Below, one piece after another: positions 31,701 to 41,912 of a stretch of 64,000 nucleotides of DNA; positions within the stretch are counted from its first letter, which is position 1, and each line of letters opens with the position of its first letter. Source of the stretch: Rebecca billardiae RCC1528 (taxonomy: Eukaryota; Protista; Haptophyta); assembly GCA_965240325.2 (NCBI GenBank), contig OZ251225.1, positions 806,001 through 870,000 on the forward strand, given 5' to 3'. The notes beneath the pieces were generated by a model. It saw only the letters and a list, made by a program, of their open reading frames with translations. It ran no database searches and was not told the origin of the DNA. The position numbers and the translations under genes are program-made.

Positions 31701-32608
31701 TCCTCGAACGGGCCGCCGAGGCCGCTGTTGCCCGAGTAGTCGGGGGGCAGGCCCTCGGCGCGGACGATCTCGAACGTCATCGGGTTGAGCTCCCGCGTCA
31801 GCTCGTCGTCCAGCAGCCGCTCCCCGCTGCCCAGCCGCAGCCGCACGCTCAGTCGGCTCAGCGGCTCGAGGGCCGCGGGCAGCGCAGGCAGCGCGCGGTC
31901 CGAGCGCGCCGTCGGCGCCGAGGCGTAGCTGCGCGGGGCGGCGCGGGCGCGGGAGGGGCGGCGCGTGCCACGGCTCAGCGGTGCGCACGCTCGCGCCGCG
32001 TGCCCGCGTGGATGGATGGCGGCGGGGCGCGCACGTGGTCAGTGCTTCCGCCTCGCCACGCACGAGCGGCCAGAGGTCGGCGGCAAAGGTGGCGGCCTCC
32101 TCGCCCGCCGCGGTGAGGAGCCGCAGCACGGGGCCGCCCGCATCCGCCGTCGCCACCACCAGCTCGGAGCTCACGTCCAGCTGGATGCTCGCCTCTGCCC
32201 TCGCCGTCAGCGGCTGCGGCGTCGCGATCGGCAGCTGTGTCTCTGCTGGCGCGTGCTCGGCCGCGGCGTCAAAGGTGCACTTGAAGGTGCAGCCCTCCAG
32301 CGCGTGATGCTCAGGCGGCGCGCCGTCCTCGCTCTGGTCCGCGAGCTGGATCGACACATCCACGTGCAGCGTCACGCGTGGCGCAGCCGGAGGATCGGCA
32401 GCGGGGGCACTCTCGTCCGGTGCTCCACCCCTGCGCAGCGAGCGCACGCGCCGCGCGCATACGCGCGAAGAGACGGGCGAGGGCGCAGCGTTGAGTGGGC
32501 CTGATGCGGTATGGCGCGTGCGCGGCGCGCGCGGAGAGCGACCCCGGCGCCTCACCCGGCTGGTGGTGGCGGTGGCTGCGCCGGCTGCGCAGCCTGGCCT
32601 TTCGCCAT
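28717..32608 (-). CDS. CFAP92: CFAP92/KIAA1257-like (cilia/flagella-associated) protein with C2-like region, ~1,089 aa
   Basis: Exons 32608-32556, 32430-32035, 31928-29966, 29770-29582 and ~29385-28717; all GT-AG and frame-consistent. Motifs LNPMTFEIVRAEGLP, LELELHDRD, PFGVASVNL and DCLSGFQLTDGTLRLFVVEG resemble CFAP92 (from recall; needs a search). Confidence 0.55.
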
Positions 32609-32716
32609 GCTGGCTTTGACACGAAACGTCCAAACTCGCGCCCGCCAACGAAAAAAAACGGACCCGGACGGGGATGCACAGCTCGATCTTTGCTCGCGCC
32701 GCGCGGCGCGCCGCGC

Positions 32717-34582
32717 ATGCGCTGCACCGGCCGCTGGGCGCGATGGGCGGGCGCCTGCGCGCTCTCGGCGCTCGCGCTGCTCTCGTGGTTCGGCAACGTG
32801 GCGCTTCTCTCGTGGTACGACACCGAGCCCGCCCTGACACCAGCACGGCCCAGCCGCGAGGCGCGGGGGGCGGACCTCCCGCGCCTTGACCAGGCCACGC
32901 GCGAACGGCTCGCTGCGCTGGTCGACACGTACCTGCAGCCGTGGCGCGCATGCAGCGCGGCGCAGCCGGCGGCCGAGGCACTCTTCAATCGCACCGTGTC
33001 GCACCTGCACGCCATCGCGCTACACGCCGGCCGCGACGAGAACTTTCGCGGAAACTTCCTCGGCGTGTTGCACCTGGTGCACGAGGGCGACAGCGTGCTG
33101 CGGTACGAGCGCTTCGGCAAAGGCTGGTACTTCCGCGCGCACTCGGTGGCGTACCTCTTCGCCCGGCTGCTCGAGGCGCATCCGGACACGCCGCCCTTCT
33201 CGCTGCTCATCAACCTCTCGGACAACCCGATGGTGGATGCCGAGGCCGAGCGTGGCCCTCGCGGCGGCGACGCGTGCGAGGCGAGCCCGCCGCTCCTGCT
33301 CTCGTTCGGCACCGCGCGCGCGCACGCGGACGTGCCGATACCGGACTTCTCCTTTCACCACTACCTCGACGCGAACGTCGGAGGCTTTTGGCGCTTCCCG
33401 CCCCTGCGCGCGCTCCAGCAGCCGGGCGCGCTCGAGCACGTCGGGCGCGCGTGGGCGCGCAAGGCGCGCTCGCTGCACTGGCGCGGTGCGGAGCACAACC
33501 TCAAGGCAGACCCGGCGCGGCGCACGCTCGTCGAGGCCGTGCGCACGCTGCGCGAAGAGGACGAGCGTGCAGCGGGCGCGGGCGCGGCCGAGGCCGGCCC
33601 CATCGCCGCCACGCTCAGCGTAGGCGTACCCTCGGCGAGCGCTCGCGACGCATCGGGCCGCGCCGCCGCTGCACGCGCCGCGCCCTTGCGTTGGGACGTG
33701 CACTTCAGCGGCGCGGACGCGCCGCCCGCCTCGCCGCCCGGCGCCGCCGCCCCGTTCGCCACGCTCGAGAGCGCGTGCGCCCACCAGTACCTCCTCACCA
33801 TGGTGGGCATCGGCTTCTCCGCGCGCGACAAGTACTTACTCGCGTGCGGCTCGGTGCTCGTGCAGCAGCAGCCGGCGGTGTCGGAGTACTACGCGCCGCT
33901 GCTGCTGGCGGACGGCGCGCTGCTGCGCGTGCAGCGCGCGGGGGAGGACCTGCGCGCCAAGCTCGGCGGCGCGAGCGGCGAGGTGGGCGCCGAGCTCGCG
34001 CGCCGCGCCGCCGCCTTCGCCGTCGGCACGCTCTCGGAGGGCGCCGTGCTCGGCTACCTGCGGGAGCTGGTGGGCGCGCTGCACGCGCGCGGGCTGAGCG
34101 CGCCGCCGAGCGCGTGGACACACGCGCCGCCGTGGCGCACGTTCCCGTTGCCCCGCCCCGCCGCAGCCCTTTCGCGCATGTGCGTCGAGCTCGCCAACTA
34201 CGGCCCCAAGCTGGACAAGCTCGAGATCTGCCGGTGCGCCTTCTTGGCAGACCAGGGGCTGAGCGCGCTCGGCGGCCGGCCGGCGGGCGGCGCCAAGGGC
34301 TCGGCGATTCTGCGCGAGAGCGCGCCCAACGCCGTCGAGTGCTGCGCCAGGTGCCGCGCGCTCCCGAAGCGATCGTGCCGCTGCTTCGAGTTCGACCGCG
34401 CGACGCGCACGTGCGTGCTCGCGCGCGGCACCGCGTGCGACGGCACGCAGCCGCGCGAGGGCTCCGTCGCGGGCATGCCTTGCAAGCAGGGCACACCGGA
34501 CGTCACGTTTGCCTCGAGCGGCAAAGGCGGATGGGACGACCGAGTGCGACCCGAGCACGTGCGCGCATACGAGTCGGCATAG
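32717..34582 (+). CDS. Glycosyltransferase family 90 (CAP10/POGLUT-like) with C-terminal PAN/apple-like Cys domain (621 aa)
   Basis: Type II anchor (WAGACALSALALLSWF); GT90 motifs INLSDNP, DVPIPDFSF, WARKARSLHWRG, HQYLL..G.GFSARDKYLLACGSVLV and EYYAPLL. C-terminal ECCARCRALPKRSCRCFEFDRATRTCVL. Confidence 0.78.
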   Translation: MRCTGRWARWAGACALSALALLSWFGNVALLSWYDTEPALTPARPSREARGADLPRLDQATRERLAALVDTYLQPWRACSAAQPAAEALFNRTVSHLHAIALHAGRDENFRGNFLGVLHLVHEGDSVLRYERFGKGWYFRAHSVAYLFARLLEAHPDTPPFSLLINLSDNPMVDAEAERGPRGGDACEASPPLLLSFGTARAHADVPIPDFSFHHYLDANVGGFWRFPPLRALQQPGALEHVGRAWARKARSLHWRGAEHNLKADPARRTLVEAVRTLREEDERAAGAGAAEAGPIAATLSVGVPSASARDASGRAAAARAAPLRWDVHFSGADAPPASPPGAAAPFATLESACAHQYLLTMVGIGFSARDKYLLACGSVLVQQQPAVSEYYAPLLLADGALLRVQRAGEDLRAKLGGASGEVGAELARRAAAFAVGTLSEGAVLGYLRELVGALHARGLSAPPSAWTHAPPWRTFPLPRPAAALSRMCVELANYGPKLDKLEICRCAFLADQGLSALGGRPAGGAKGSAILRESAPNAVECCARCRALPKRSCRCFEFDRATRTCVLARGTACDGTQPREGSVAGMPCKQGTPDVTFASSGKGGWDDRVRPEHVRAYESA

Positions 34583-34716
34583 TCTCACCGCCGGTGTAGT
34601 TAGCAGTATGGCAAATCGGCCGTAGTGGCATCGTCACGGTCGAGTGCTGCGCGCGCCGCGCCCGCGCTGTCGCGCAGACTTTACATCGCACTGATTCATC
34701 TAGCGCAGCAGCAGTA

Positions 34717-35345
34717 TGGAGCGCTCGTTGGAACTTGACGCCGGTTTGGCGCCCGCGCGGCGAGGGCGACGACGGGCGTATACGGGGCCTGCGGCGGCGG
34801 GAAGCGCGCGGGCGCGGCCGGAGAACGGCACGGTCCGGACAGCCTCTCGCCAGCCGCGGACGCGCACCGCGCCTCCTCCTCGCACGCTGCTAACGTGATC
34901 CGGGTTAAACGGTGGTTTTGCTGCCGACCAGCTCAAGTTCCACGGCTGGTCAAGGTTCGGCTTGCGACCTCGCCGCTGGTGCTGCTTGCAAGAAGGTACA
35001 CGAGTTGGTCGAATAACTCCCACGCACCCGCTCTGCGCTCGTCGACGCTGCCCTCTGAAGGTGACCGTCGGGGTGCATGCGGGGCAGTGGAATGCAGTGG
35101 TTCGGCGTTGCCTCTCAGTCGTCCAGCGCGCAGGCCATGTAGCGCGGGTGTGGTGCGCGCATGGCCCGGTAATTCGGTCGCGGCATGTCTGTCTGGGCTG
35201 CCCAAGGCCAAGGCCTGCCGCACCGCGAAGCGAGCGCTCAGGAGCGTGTGCCGACCGTGCCAGCCCCGCCGAGATGAGGCACTTCGCTGGGAAATGCGGT
35301 GTCAAGTTCCACCGCCCCCGCTCAACTTCCAACGAGCGCGCTCCA
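34717..35345. mobile_element. MITE (~630 bp) with imperfect terminal inverted repeats and TA flanks (Tc1/mariner-type signature)
   Basis: Left end TA|TGGAGCGCTCGTTGGAACTTGAC; right end CTCAACTTCCAACGAGCGCGCTCCA|TA. Internal TCAAGTTCCAC copies at 34933 and 35302. No credible ORF. Confidence 0.65.
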
Positions 35346-35604
35346 TATAGTTCATATATACCGCCATATATATTTTTCAGCTTATTCGTCGTCTGAATAT
35401 CTTGTCTCTTGAGTAACCGTCTGCGCTGATCACATATATATCGTCATCGCCAGGCATGCATCCACATCGTCAGTCGTCATCATCAGCACTGCTATAGTGC
35501 TTATTGATCGGATGCGTTTGATGATGCGTAAAATAACTCTTATGATACTATCAGCGTCCGCAATCTGCACTCATCAGCAGTCTGCATGTAGTGCTGACTA
35601 CTAC

Positions 35605-35768
35605 GCCGGTCTGTGGCCGAGTCGGAGTGGGAGTACTGGCGTGCTCTTGCGTCTGAGGTCATGGGTTCAAAACCAGTTTCCAGGTCTCTCTTCGGAGAGC
35701 GTGCGATGAAGGATGGCGCGGCAACCTGCCACCGTGAGCCTTACGCACGTTAAAACAAATAAACTGTA
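35605..35768 (+). mobile_element. Putative tRNA-derived SINE or Pol III structured RNA (copy 1)
   Basis: A-box-like TGGCCGAGTCGG (35614), B-box/T-arm-like GAGGTCATGGGTTCAAAACC (35655), hairpin CTCTC-TTCG-GAGAG (35686-35699), and tail GCACGTTAAAACAAATAAACTGTA shared with 63567. Confidence 0.5.
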
Positions 35769-35892
35769 TACAATAATAGTGTACAGTACTGAGCTAGCTC
35801 GACGAGAAAACCGCGCTCTGCTAGCTCTCTCATCCGAGTCAGTCACTCGTCGGCGCTCCGTGACCGTACGTACTCCGCGCCGCGTGTAGTTT

Positions 35893-35954
35893 ACTAATTC
35901 TATGATTTATATAAAGACACAGGCACGAGGGCGCAGCTCTCCTGATTCGTCTGT
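35893..35954. repeat. Dispersed ~60-bp repeat, copy A (downstream of PEPCK)
   Basis: ACTAATTCTATGATTTA(TATA)AAGACACAGGCACGAGGGCGCAGCTCTCCTGATTCGTCTGT, matching 39034-39091 apart from a 4-bp indel. Confidence 0.9.
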
Positions 35955-36569
35955 ATAGTGGTACTGGTCGAAGCTTGCAGCAGTGGCAGTGGTGTGAGCA
36001 CGTTGATGTTGGTCGCCATGGTGGATGTCGTTGTTGTCGTCGTCGACGTCGTCAGGCCCACCAGCGGGAAGTGCATGGGTACCAAATCAAAGGCGAGTAG
36101 TGAGCATGTTGGCGTCGGCAAGGCCGTCCGCCCTACTTGGTCAGCAGCATTTAGCAGTCCCGGCCGTGTTAACGTCCGTCTCTAGCTACCGCGTTGGCCG
36201 TCAGGCGTCACTCGTCTAAGCGGCGCGGCTCACTCCGTCGCGGCTGCCCGACTGGCGACTCGGTGGGTCACGGGCGCGGGACGGGCTAGACTCGGTCACT
36301 ACTGAGTACTGACTACCGTCTCATTCTATTTCACTTACTGCTACTTATTAGTTATTAGTGGCAGCTACTCCGCGACGACATCGCGTCTAATCGGACAATC
36401 ACAAGCACGAGGCTGGCGGCGGACATCACTACGGCAGGCGGGCGGATGTGTGTGTGCTGCAATCACAGGCCGTGGCTCCGTCGTACGAGACTCGGGCGTA
36501 CGTTCAGTTTCTGCCGAGGGCACGGCGGCACGGCAAGCGACTGCCTAGCTCCGGTCGGGCTGCCGGAGA

Positions 36570-38592
36570 TCACTCGGGCACCTTGGGCTCGGCGGCGAGC
36601 ACGTCGGCGCTCACGGCGGACTTGAAGCCCTTCTTGGCGAAGTTCTCGACGAACGCGCCTGCGAGCTTCTGCTGCGCGGCGTGCAGCCGGTCCTTGTCGT
36701 CCCAGTTGTTGGACGGATTCAAGATCTCAGAGGGCACGCCCGGGCACTCCTTCGGGTAGCGCAGGCCGAACACCGGGTCACGCTCGAGCGGCGCGTTGGC
36801 GAGCTCGCCCGAGTGGATCGCGTCGACGATCGCGCGCGTGTACTTGAGCGGGCAGCGCTTGCCCGAGCATCCGAGCCAGCCGGTGTTGAGCAGCCACGCG
36901 TCCGAGCCGTGCTGTTCCAGCTTGTCCGCGAGCATGTTGGCGTAAACGAGCGGGTGCCACATGAGGAAGGGCTCGCCGTAGCACGAGGAGAAGGTGGCGA
37001 CGGGCTCGTTGATGCCCTCCTCCGTTCCGACCATCTTGGACGTGAAGCCCGAGACGAAGTGGTAGATCACCTGCTCGCGCGTGAGCTTGCTCACGAGCGG
37101 CAGCACGCCGGTCGCGTCGCACGTGAGCAGGATCACGTTGGTCGGGTGGCCGCCGACGGCGTGCGCCTTCGCGTTCGGGATGAACTCGAGCGGGTACGCG
37201 CAGCGCGTGTTCTCGGTGATCGTCAGGTCGTTGTAGTCGACCTTGTGCGTCTCCGGGTCGAGCACCACGTTCTCCACCACCGCGCCGAAGCGCACGGCGC
37301 GGAAGATCTCTGGCTCGGAGCCCTCCGAGAGGTGCGCGCACTTGGCGTAGCAGCCGCCCTGCGGGGAGCCGGGTGCGTGCGGCGGGCGCGCGCGCGGCGT
37401 TAGACGGGTGGTGCGCCACGGGCGCGCACGCAGCGGCGACGCTCACGCGCGTGCCCTCGCGCGCAGCCGTGCGCTTTCTTTCGCACCTCGATGTTGAAGA
37501 TGCCACTGTCTGTCCACACATGCTCGTCATCACCAATCAGCAGCCGGCGCGGGTCGGCGGAGAGCGTGGTCTTGCCCGTGCCCGAGAGGCCGAAGAAGAG
37601 GGTGCTGTCACCCGTGCGCGGGTCCTCGTTCGCCGACGAGTGCAGGCAGAGCTGGCCGCGCTTGGTCATGTGGTACATCATCAGCGTGAGCACGCCCTTC
37701 TTCATCTCGCCTGCGTACTGCGTGCCGAGGATCACCATCTCCGCGCGCTCGAGGTTGAGGTCGACGGAGCACGCCGAGGTCATGCCGTCGACGTACCGGT
37801 TGGCGGGGAACGTGCCGGCGTTGTAGATCACAAAGTCGGGCACGAACTGGTCGAGCTCGTCGTCGGGCACGGGGATGAGCATGTTGGTCATGAAGAGCGC
37901 GTGGTACGCGCGCGAGCACACGATCCGGATCTTGAGCCGGTGCTGCGCGTCGTGGCCGGCGTACGCGTCGACGACGTACAGCCGGTCTGCCTTGCGCAGG
38001 TAGTCCACCGCGCGCTCGCGGTTGATCATGAACGACTGCGTGCTCAGCGGGATGTTCACCGGGCCCCACCACACGTCCTCCTTGGACTCCTCATTCTGCA
38101 CGATGCGCTTGTCCTTGGGCGAGCGGCCGGTCTTGGCGCCCGAGGTGCACGAGAGCGCGCCCGTGGCGGTGAGTGCGGAGGTCTTGCCCTCGTGGCGCAG
38201 CGCAAGCTCCACGATCCGCGCCGGCGACGCGTTGCGGATGATGTCGGGCAGCTCGTCCGCCTCGTCGTGGCTGTGCCGCTGCGATGACAGGCGCGAGCGC
38301 GCGACGCGGTGGCGCAGAGCCGCAGCGGCGAGGGCGAGAGCGCGTGCGCACGAGGTGAGCAGCGCGCACGACGCGCCCGACCAGTGGCCGTGGTCGCACG
38401 CACCGCGCGCAGCGCACACTCGGTGGCCACGCACGCGCGCGCGCCGCTCGGGGAGGCGGGCGTCGCGCACACGCGCTGCGCCGCGCGCACCAGCACTTGC
38501 GGCTGCATGGACTTGTAGTACTCGAGCCACTTGGAGGGCGGCACATCTGAGCCCGCGAGGAGCGTCTGCATCTGGTCGTTGAAAGCCGACAT
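36570..38592 (-). CDS. PCK1: Phosphoenolpyruvate carboxykinase (ATP), ~560 aa
   Basis: [33 protein letters not shown]-loop [29 protein letters not shown]|GGCYAK and ENTRCAYP. Exons 38592-38491, 38278-37487 and 37358-36570. Confidence 0.95.
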
Positions 38593-38944
38593 TCGTCCGA
38601 GGAGGAGTACGCCGACAAGCGGCGCGGGGAGCGGGATGTTGGACGAGTGGCGGCCGGCTGTTGGACGCCACAACAAACACGTCGAAGTGTGCGCACCGCT
38701 CGTTTGGTGCTGCGAACTTCGTCGGCCTATTGCCACGGCGACATCAGCGCTTCGTCTGGTAGTGTCGCCCGGGTTCCACTTCGTAAATACGACGCCCAGA
38801 ATGATCGGTTGTTGTCTGCTTCGTGGGTTGGGTTTCGGCCGGCTTCGCTTGTTTTACCCGACTTCGCGAAGTCCAGGACTGGCTGGTTCGATCATTCTTC
38901 CTCATCTTCCGCCGGCTGGTCTCATGTTGCGCGCCAGCCGCTGC

Positions 38945-38973
38945 GATTGGCCAATCGGTTGGCCAATCGGTTG
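38945..38973. promoter_or_regulatory. Tandem/palindromic CCAAT boxes in the PEPCK-trehalase divergent intergenic region
   Basis: GATTGGCCAATCGGTTGGCCAATCGGTTG: a 12-bp palindrome plus a 12-bp tandem repeat. A perfect palindrome GACTTCGCGAAGTC lies at 38860-38873. Confidence 0.4.
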
Positions 38974-39033
38974 CCGCGCCCGAGCGCCGAGCTTCGCCGG
39001 AAAATGGGCCAACGGATGGAGCGCTGCGTCCGG

Positions 39034-39091
39034 ACTAATTCTATGATTTAAAGACACAGGCACGAGGGCGCAGCTCTCCTGATTCGTCTGT
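39034..39091. repeat. Dispersed ~60-bp repeat, copy B (upstream of PEPCK)
   Basis: Direct-orientation match to 35893-35954. Confidence 0.9.
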
Positions 39092-39416
39092 CGAAGTACT
39101 GAATGGAGTTAATGGAGGATGTCGGAGCGCGTTGGCCGCGGGTGAGGGAGTCGTCGTAACCGATGCTGATCACACGGTCACTGAGGTAGTAGGCGCCCGG
39201 GGATGCCGCTGTTTTGCAGTCGTCGTCGGCCTTGGTCATCATGTAGTTGCCCGTGTCGTCGTCGTCCGAGGCTGTTCAAGTTGATGCCGTAGTGCAGGTA
39301 GTGGATGTGGTCGCCCGGGCCGGTGTGACTACTCCGGAGCCACTCAGTCACTCACGCCCATTCATTTTCGTTCATGCATCATTTCCGCCTGGGCGTGATC
39401 GATCCTCATCGCGGCC

Positions 39417-41282
39417 ATGCTGGCCGACGCCTCCGCGCGCGCGTGCCTCGTGTACTGCAACGGCGCGCTCCTCGCCGCGATGCACGCAACCGGGCGCTTC
39501 GACGACTCGAAAACGTTCGTCGACCTGCCGCTGCGTCACGACCCGGAGCACGTCCTCGCCGCCTTCGACGCGCTGCCGCCCGACGGCCGTGGGCCTGACG
39601 CGATGCGCGCGTTCATGGACGCGCACTTCGAGCCATCTGCGAACTCGGACCTCGAGGCGTGGGAGCCGGGGGACCTGGTGGATCCGCCGCCACTTGCCGA
39701 GCGCATGCGTACCCCGCCCCTCCGCACGTGGGTGCGCGAGCTCAACCGGCTGTGGCGCGCGCTCGGCCGCCGCTCGAGTGCCGCCGCGCGCGCTGCGCCG
39801 CAGCGCACGTCGCTCCTGCCGCGCGCGCACGGCATGATCGTCCCCGGTGGACGCTTCCGCGAGTCGTATTACTGGGACTCGTACTGGATCGTCCTCGGAC
39901 TCCTCGCGTGCGGCATGGCTGAGACCGCGCGCGGCGTGGTCGCCAACCTGCTCGATGACGTGTCGCGCCTCGGCTTTGTGCCGAACGGCGGCCGCTGCTA
40001 CTACGTGAGCCGCTCGCAGCCGCCGCTGCTCGCCGCGATGGTGCTCGAGCTGTGGGACACGGATGTACGCGCCGCGGGTGGCGTGGCCAACGCCTCCGCC
40101 GCCGCCGTGTCCGAGCTCGCGCGCGCCACGCCTCTGCTGGAGCGCGAGCTCGGCTGGTGGGCTGCGCACCGTGCCGTGCCGGAGCGGGGCGCACCCGGCG
40201 GAGCAAGGCCGGAGCGCGGGGGCAGCGCGGCGCCGATCAGCCGGCTGTCGCGGTACGTCTCGGCGGAGACGACGCCTCGGCCCGAGTCCTTCGCCGAGGA
40301 CGCCGCCACGAGCGCGCGCGCGCCTGCGCGCGCGCGCGCGTGCGCAGACCTGCGCGCAGCCGCAGAGTCTGGGTGGGACTTCAGCGCGCGCTGGCTGCGC
40401 GCGCATGCGGCGGGGGATGGCGCGGACGGCGGTGACACGGCGGGTGGGCTCGCAACGATCGACACCGCAAACGTCGTGCCCGTCGACCTCAACTGCTTCC
40501 TGTACAGCGCCGAGCGCGGGCTCGCGCGCGCTCACGCGCATCTCGCGGCGCGCGCGCACGCAGGCGCGAGCGCTTCAGCCGAGGCGGCTCGGGCGCAGGC
40601 GGAGCACACGCGCGCGGCCGAGCGGTTCGAGCAGGCCGCGGCGGAGCGGCTTGAGGCCGCGCGCCGCTGGCTTTGGCACGAGGAAGACGGGCGCTGGGCT
40701 GACTTCTTGCTGCGCGAGGGGCGCCCGTCGCGCGTGCAGGCACTCTCCTCGTTTGCAGCGCCGCTGTGGGCGGGCTGGGTGGCGGCGGGCGGCGCGGAGG
40801 AGGCGAGGGTGCTGGCGGCCCTCGAGAGCAGCGGCCTGCTGCAGCCCGCGGGCGCGCAGGCGACGGTACTGCGCACCGGCGAGCAGTGGGACGCGCCCAA
40901 TCTCTGGCCCCCGCTGCTGCACATGCTCGCCACGGGCCTCGACCAGCCCGGCCGCTCCGAGCGCGCGCGCGCCCTGGGCAGGGACGTGGCGCGCCGCTGG
41001 CTCTCGAGCGCGCACAGCGCATGGCGCAAGGGCGGGCACATGTACGAGAAGTACGATGCGACGGCGCACGGCCATGGCGGCGGCGGCGGCGAGTACACGC
41101 CGCAGGTCGGCTTCGGCTGGACGAACGGTGCCGCGCTCGACTTGCTGCGCCGGTACGCAGAGGACTCCACCGTGCTGCCTGCAGACGAGGACGCATGGTC
41201 CAGATGGGGTCCGGCGGCGCCATCGGATTCGGAGGCGCGAGATTGTTATGACGAATGCGACGACACTGGCGGCGGACACTGA
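39417..41282 (+). CDS. TRE1: Alpha,alpha-trehalase (GH37), 621 aa
   Basis: DSKTFVD, PGGRFRESYYWDSYW, GFVPNGGRCYYVSRSQPP, PRPESF.ED, AAESGWDFSARW, PVDLN, QWDAPNLWPP, MYEKYD and GGGGEY.PQ.GFGWTNG. Confidence 0.95.
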   Translation: MLADASARACLVYCNGALLAAMHATGRFDDSKTFVDLPLRHDPEHVLAAFDALPPDGRGPDAMRAFMDAHFEPSANSDLEAWEPGDLVDPPPLAERMRTPPLRTWVRELNRLWRALGRRSSAAARAAPQRTSLLPRAHGMIVPGGRFRESYYWDSYWIVLGLLACGMAETARGVVANLLDDVSRLGFVPNGGRCYYVSRSQPPLLAAMVLELWDTDVRAAGGVANASAAAVSELARATPLLERELGWWAAHRAVPERGAPGGARPERGGSAAPISRLSRYVSAETTPRPESFAEDAATSARAPARARACADLRAAAESGWDFSARWLRAHAAGDGADGGDTAGGLATIDTANVVPVDLNCFLYSAERGLARAHAHLAARAHAGASASAEAARAQAEHTRAAERFEQAAAERLEAARRWLWHEEDGRWADFLLREGRPSRVQALSSFAAPLWAGWVAAGGAEEARVLAALESSGLLQPAGAQATVLRTGEQWDAPNLWPPLLHMLATGLDQPGRSERARALGRDVARRWLSSAHSAWRKGGHMYEKYDATAHGHGGGGGEYTPQVGFGWTNGAALDLLRRYAEDSTVLPADEDAWSRWGPAAPSDSEARDCYDECDDTGGGH

Positions 41283-41912
41283 ACGTCGTACGCGTATACA
41301 CTGTGTCATCACGGGTAATAACGGGTACGGGCCCGCGTCGGTATCGCCTCACGTTATCACTCCGCGCTTGGGCGACGTATTATAAATATGGCGCCCGGAC
41401 ACTGACTGCGCGATTCACGGGTGACTGCCCGTGTGGGCCGTCGGACGCGCCGCGGGCGGGCCCCGCGGGGGTGACGCGGGCTCAGACTCAATATAAGTAT
41501 AATAACTAGACGCGCGTCAATGCTGGCCTGCTCCGCGAACAGCAGCAGCGGCCACGGAGCGCCGAAGCCTGGACTGATCGAGCGTGAGACCGCCGCACTC
41601 GAAACCTGCTGTCGCTGATCATGATGATGCTGAGAGTGTAATAATAAGGCGATTCACCCGCCGATGTCGGATGTGCCAACTGAACTTGTCCGAGTCTGTT
41701 GTGAAGCCTCCGAGCCGCCCGGTGAACGGCGTACGTGCCGTGCGACGCTATCGGCGCGCGAAGCCAGCTGTGGCCGACGACGCCCGAGGGCCCAGGCGTC
41801 CCGGATCATGGCTCATACCGCCGCGCAGCAGAGTGGAGTCTGGAGAGCCAGCGTCCAGATGTGACAGACGCGCCCGCAACTGTCTCTCTCATCACTCCCC
41901 GCCCGCCCGTCG

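Noticed and set aside
35605-35680. Functional tRNA gene
   Set aside because: I could not build a proper cloverleaf or acceptor stem; treated as tRNA-derived instead.
38279-38680. PEPCK N-terminal extension from ATG 38680 reading through intron 1 (possible targeting peptide)
   Set aside because: The region has canonical GTGCG..GCAG intron ends and intron-like CG tracts. The exon from 38592 splices in phase with better codon bias. Not fully excluded without transcripts.
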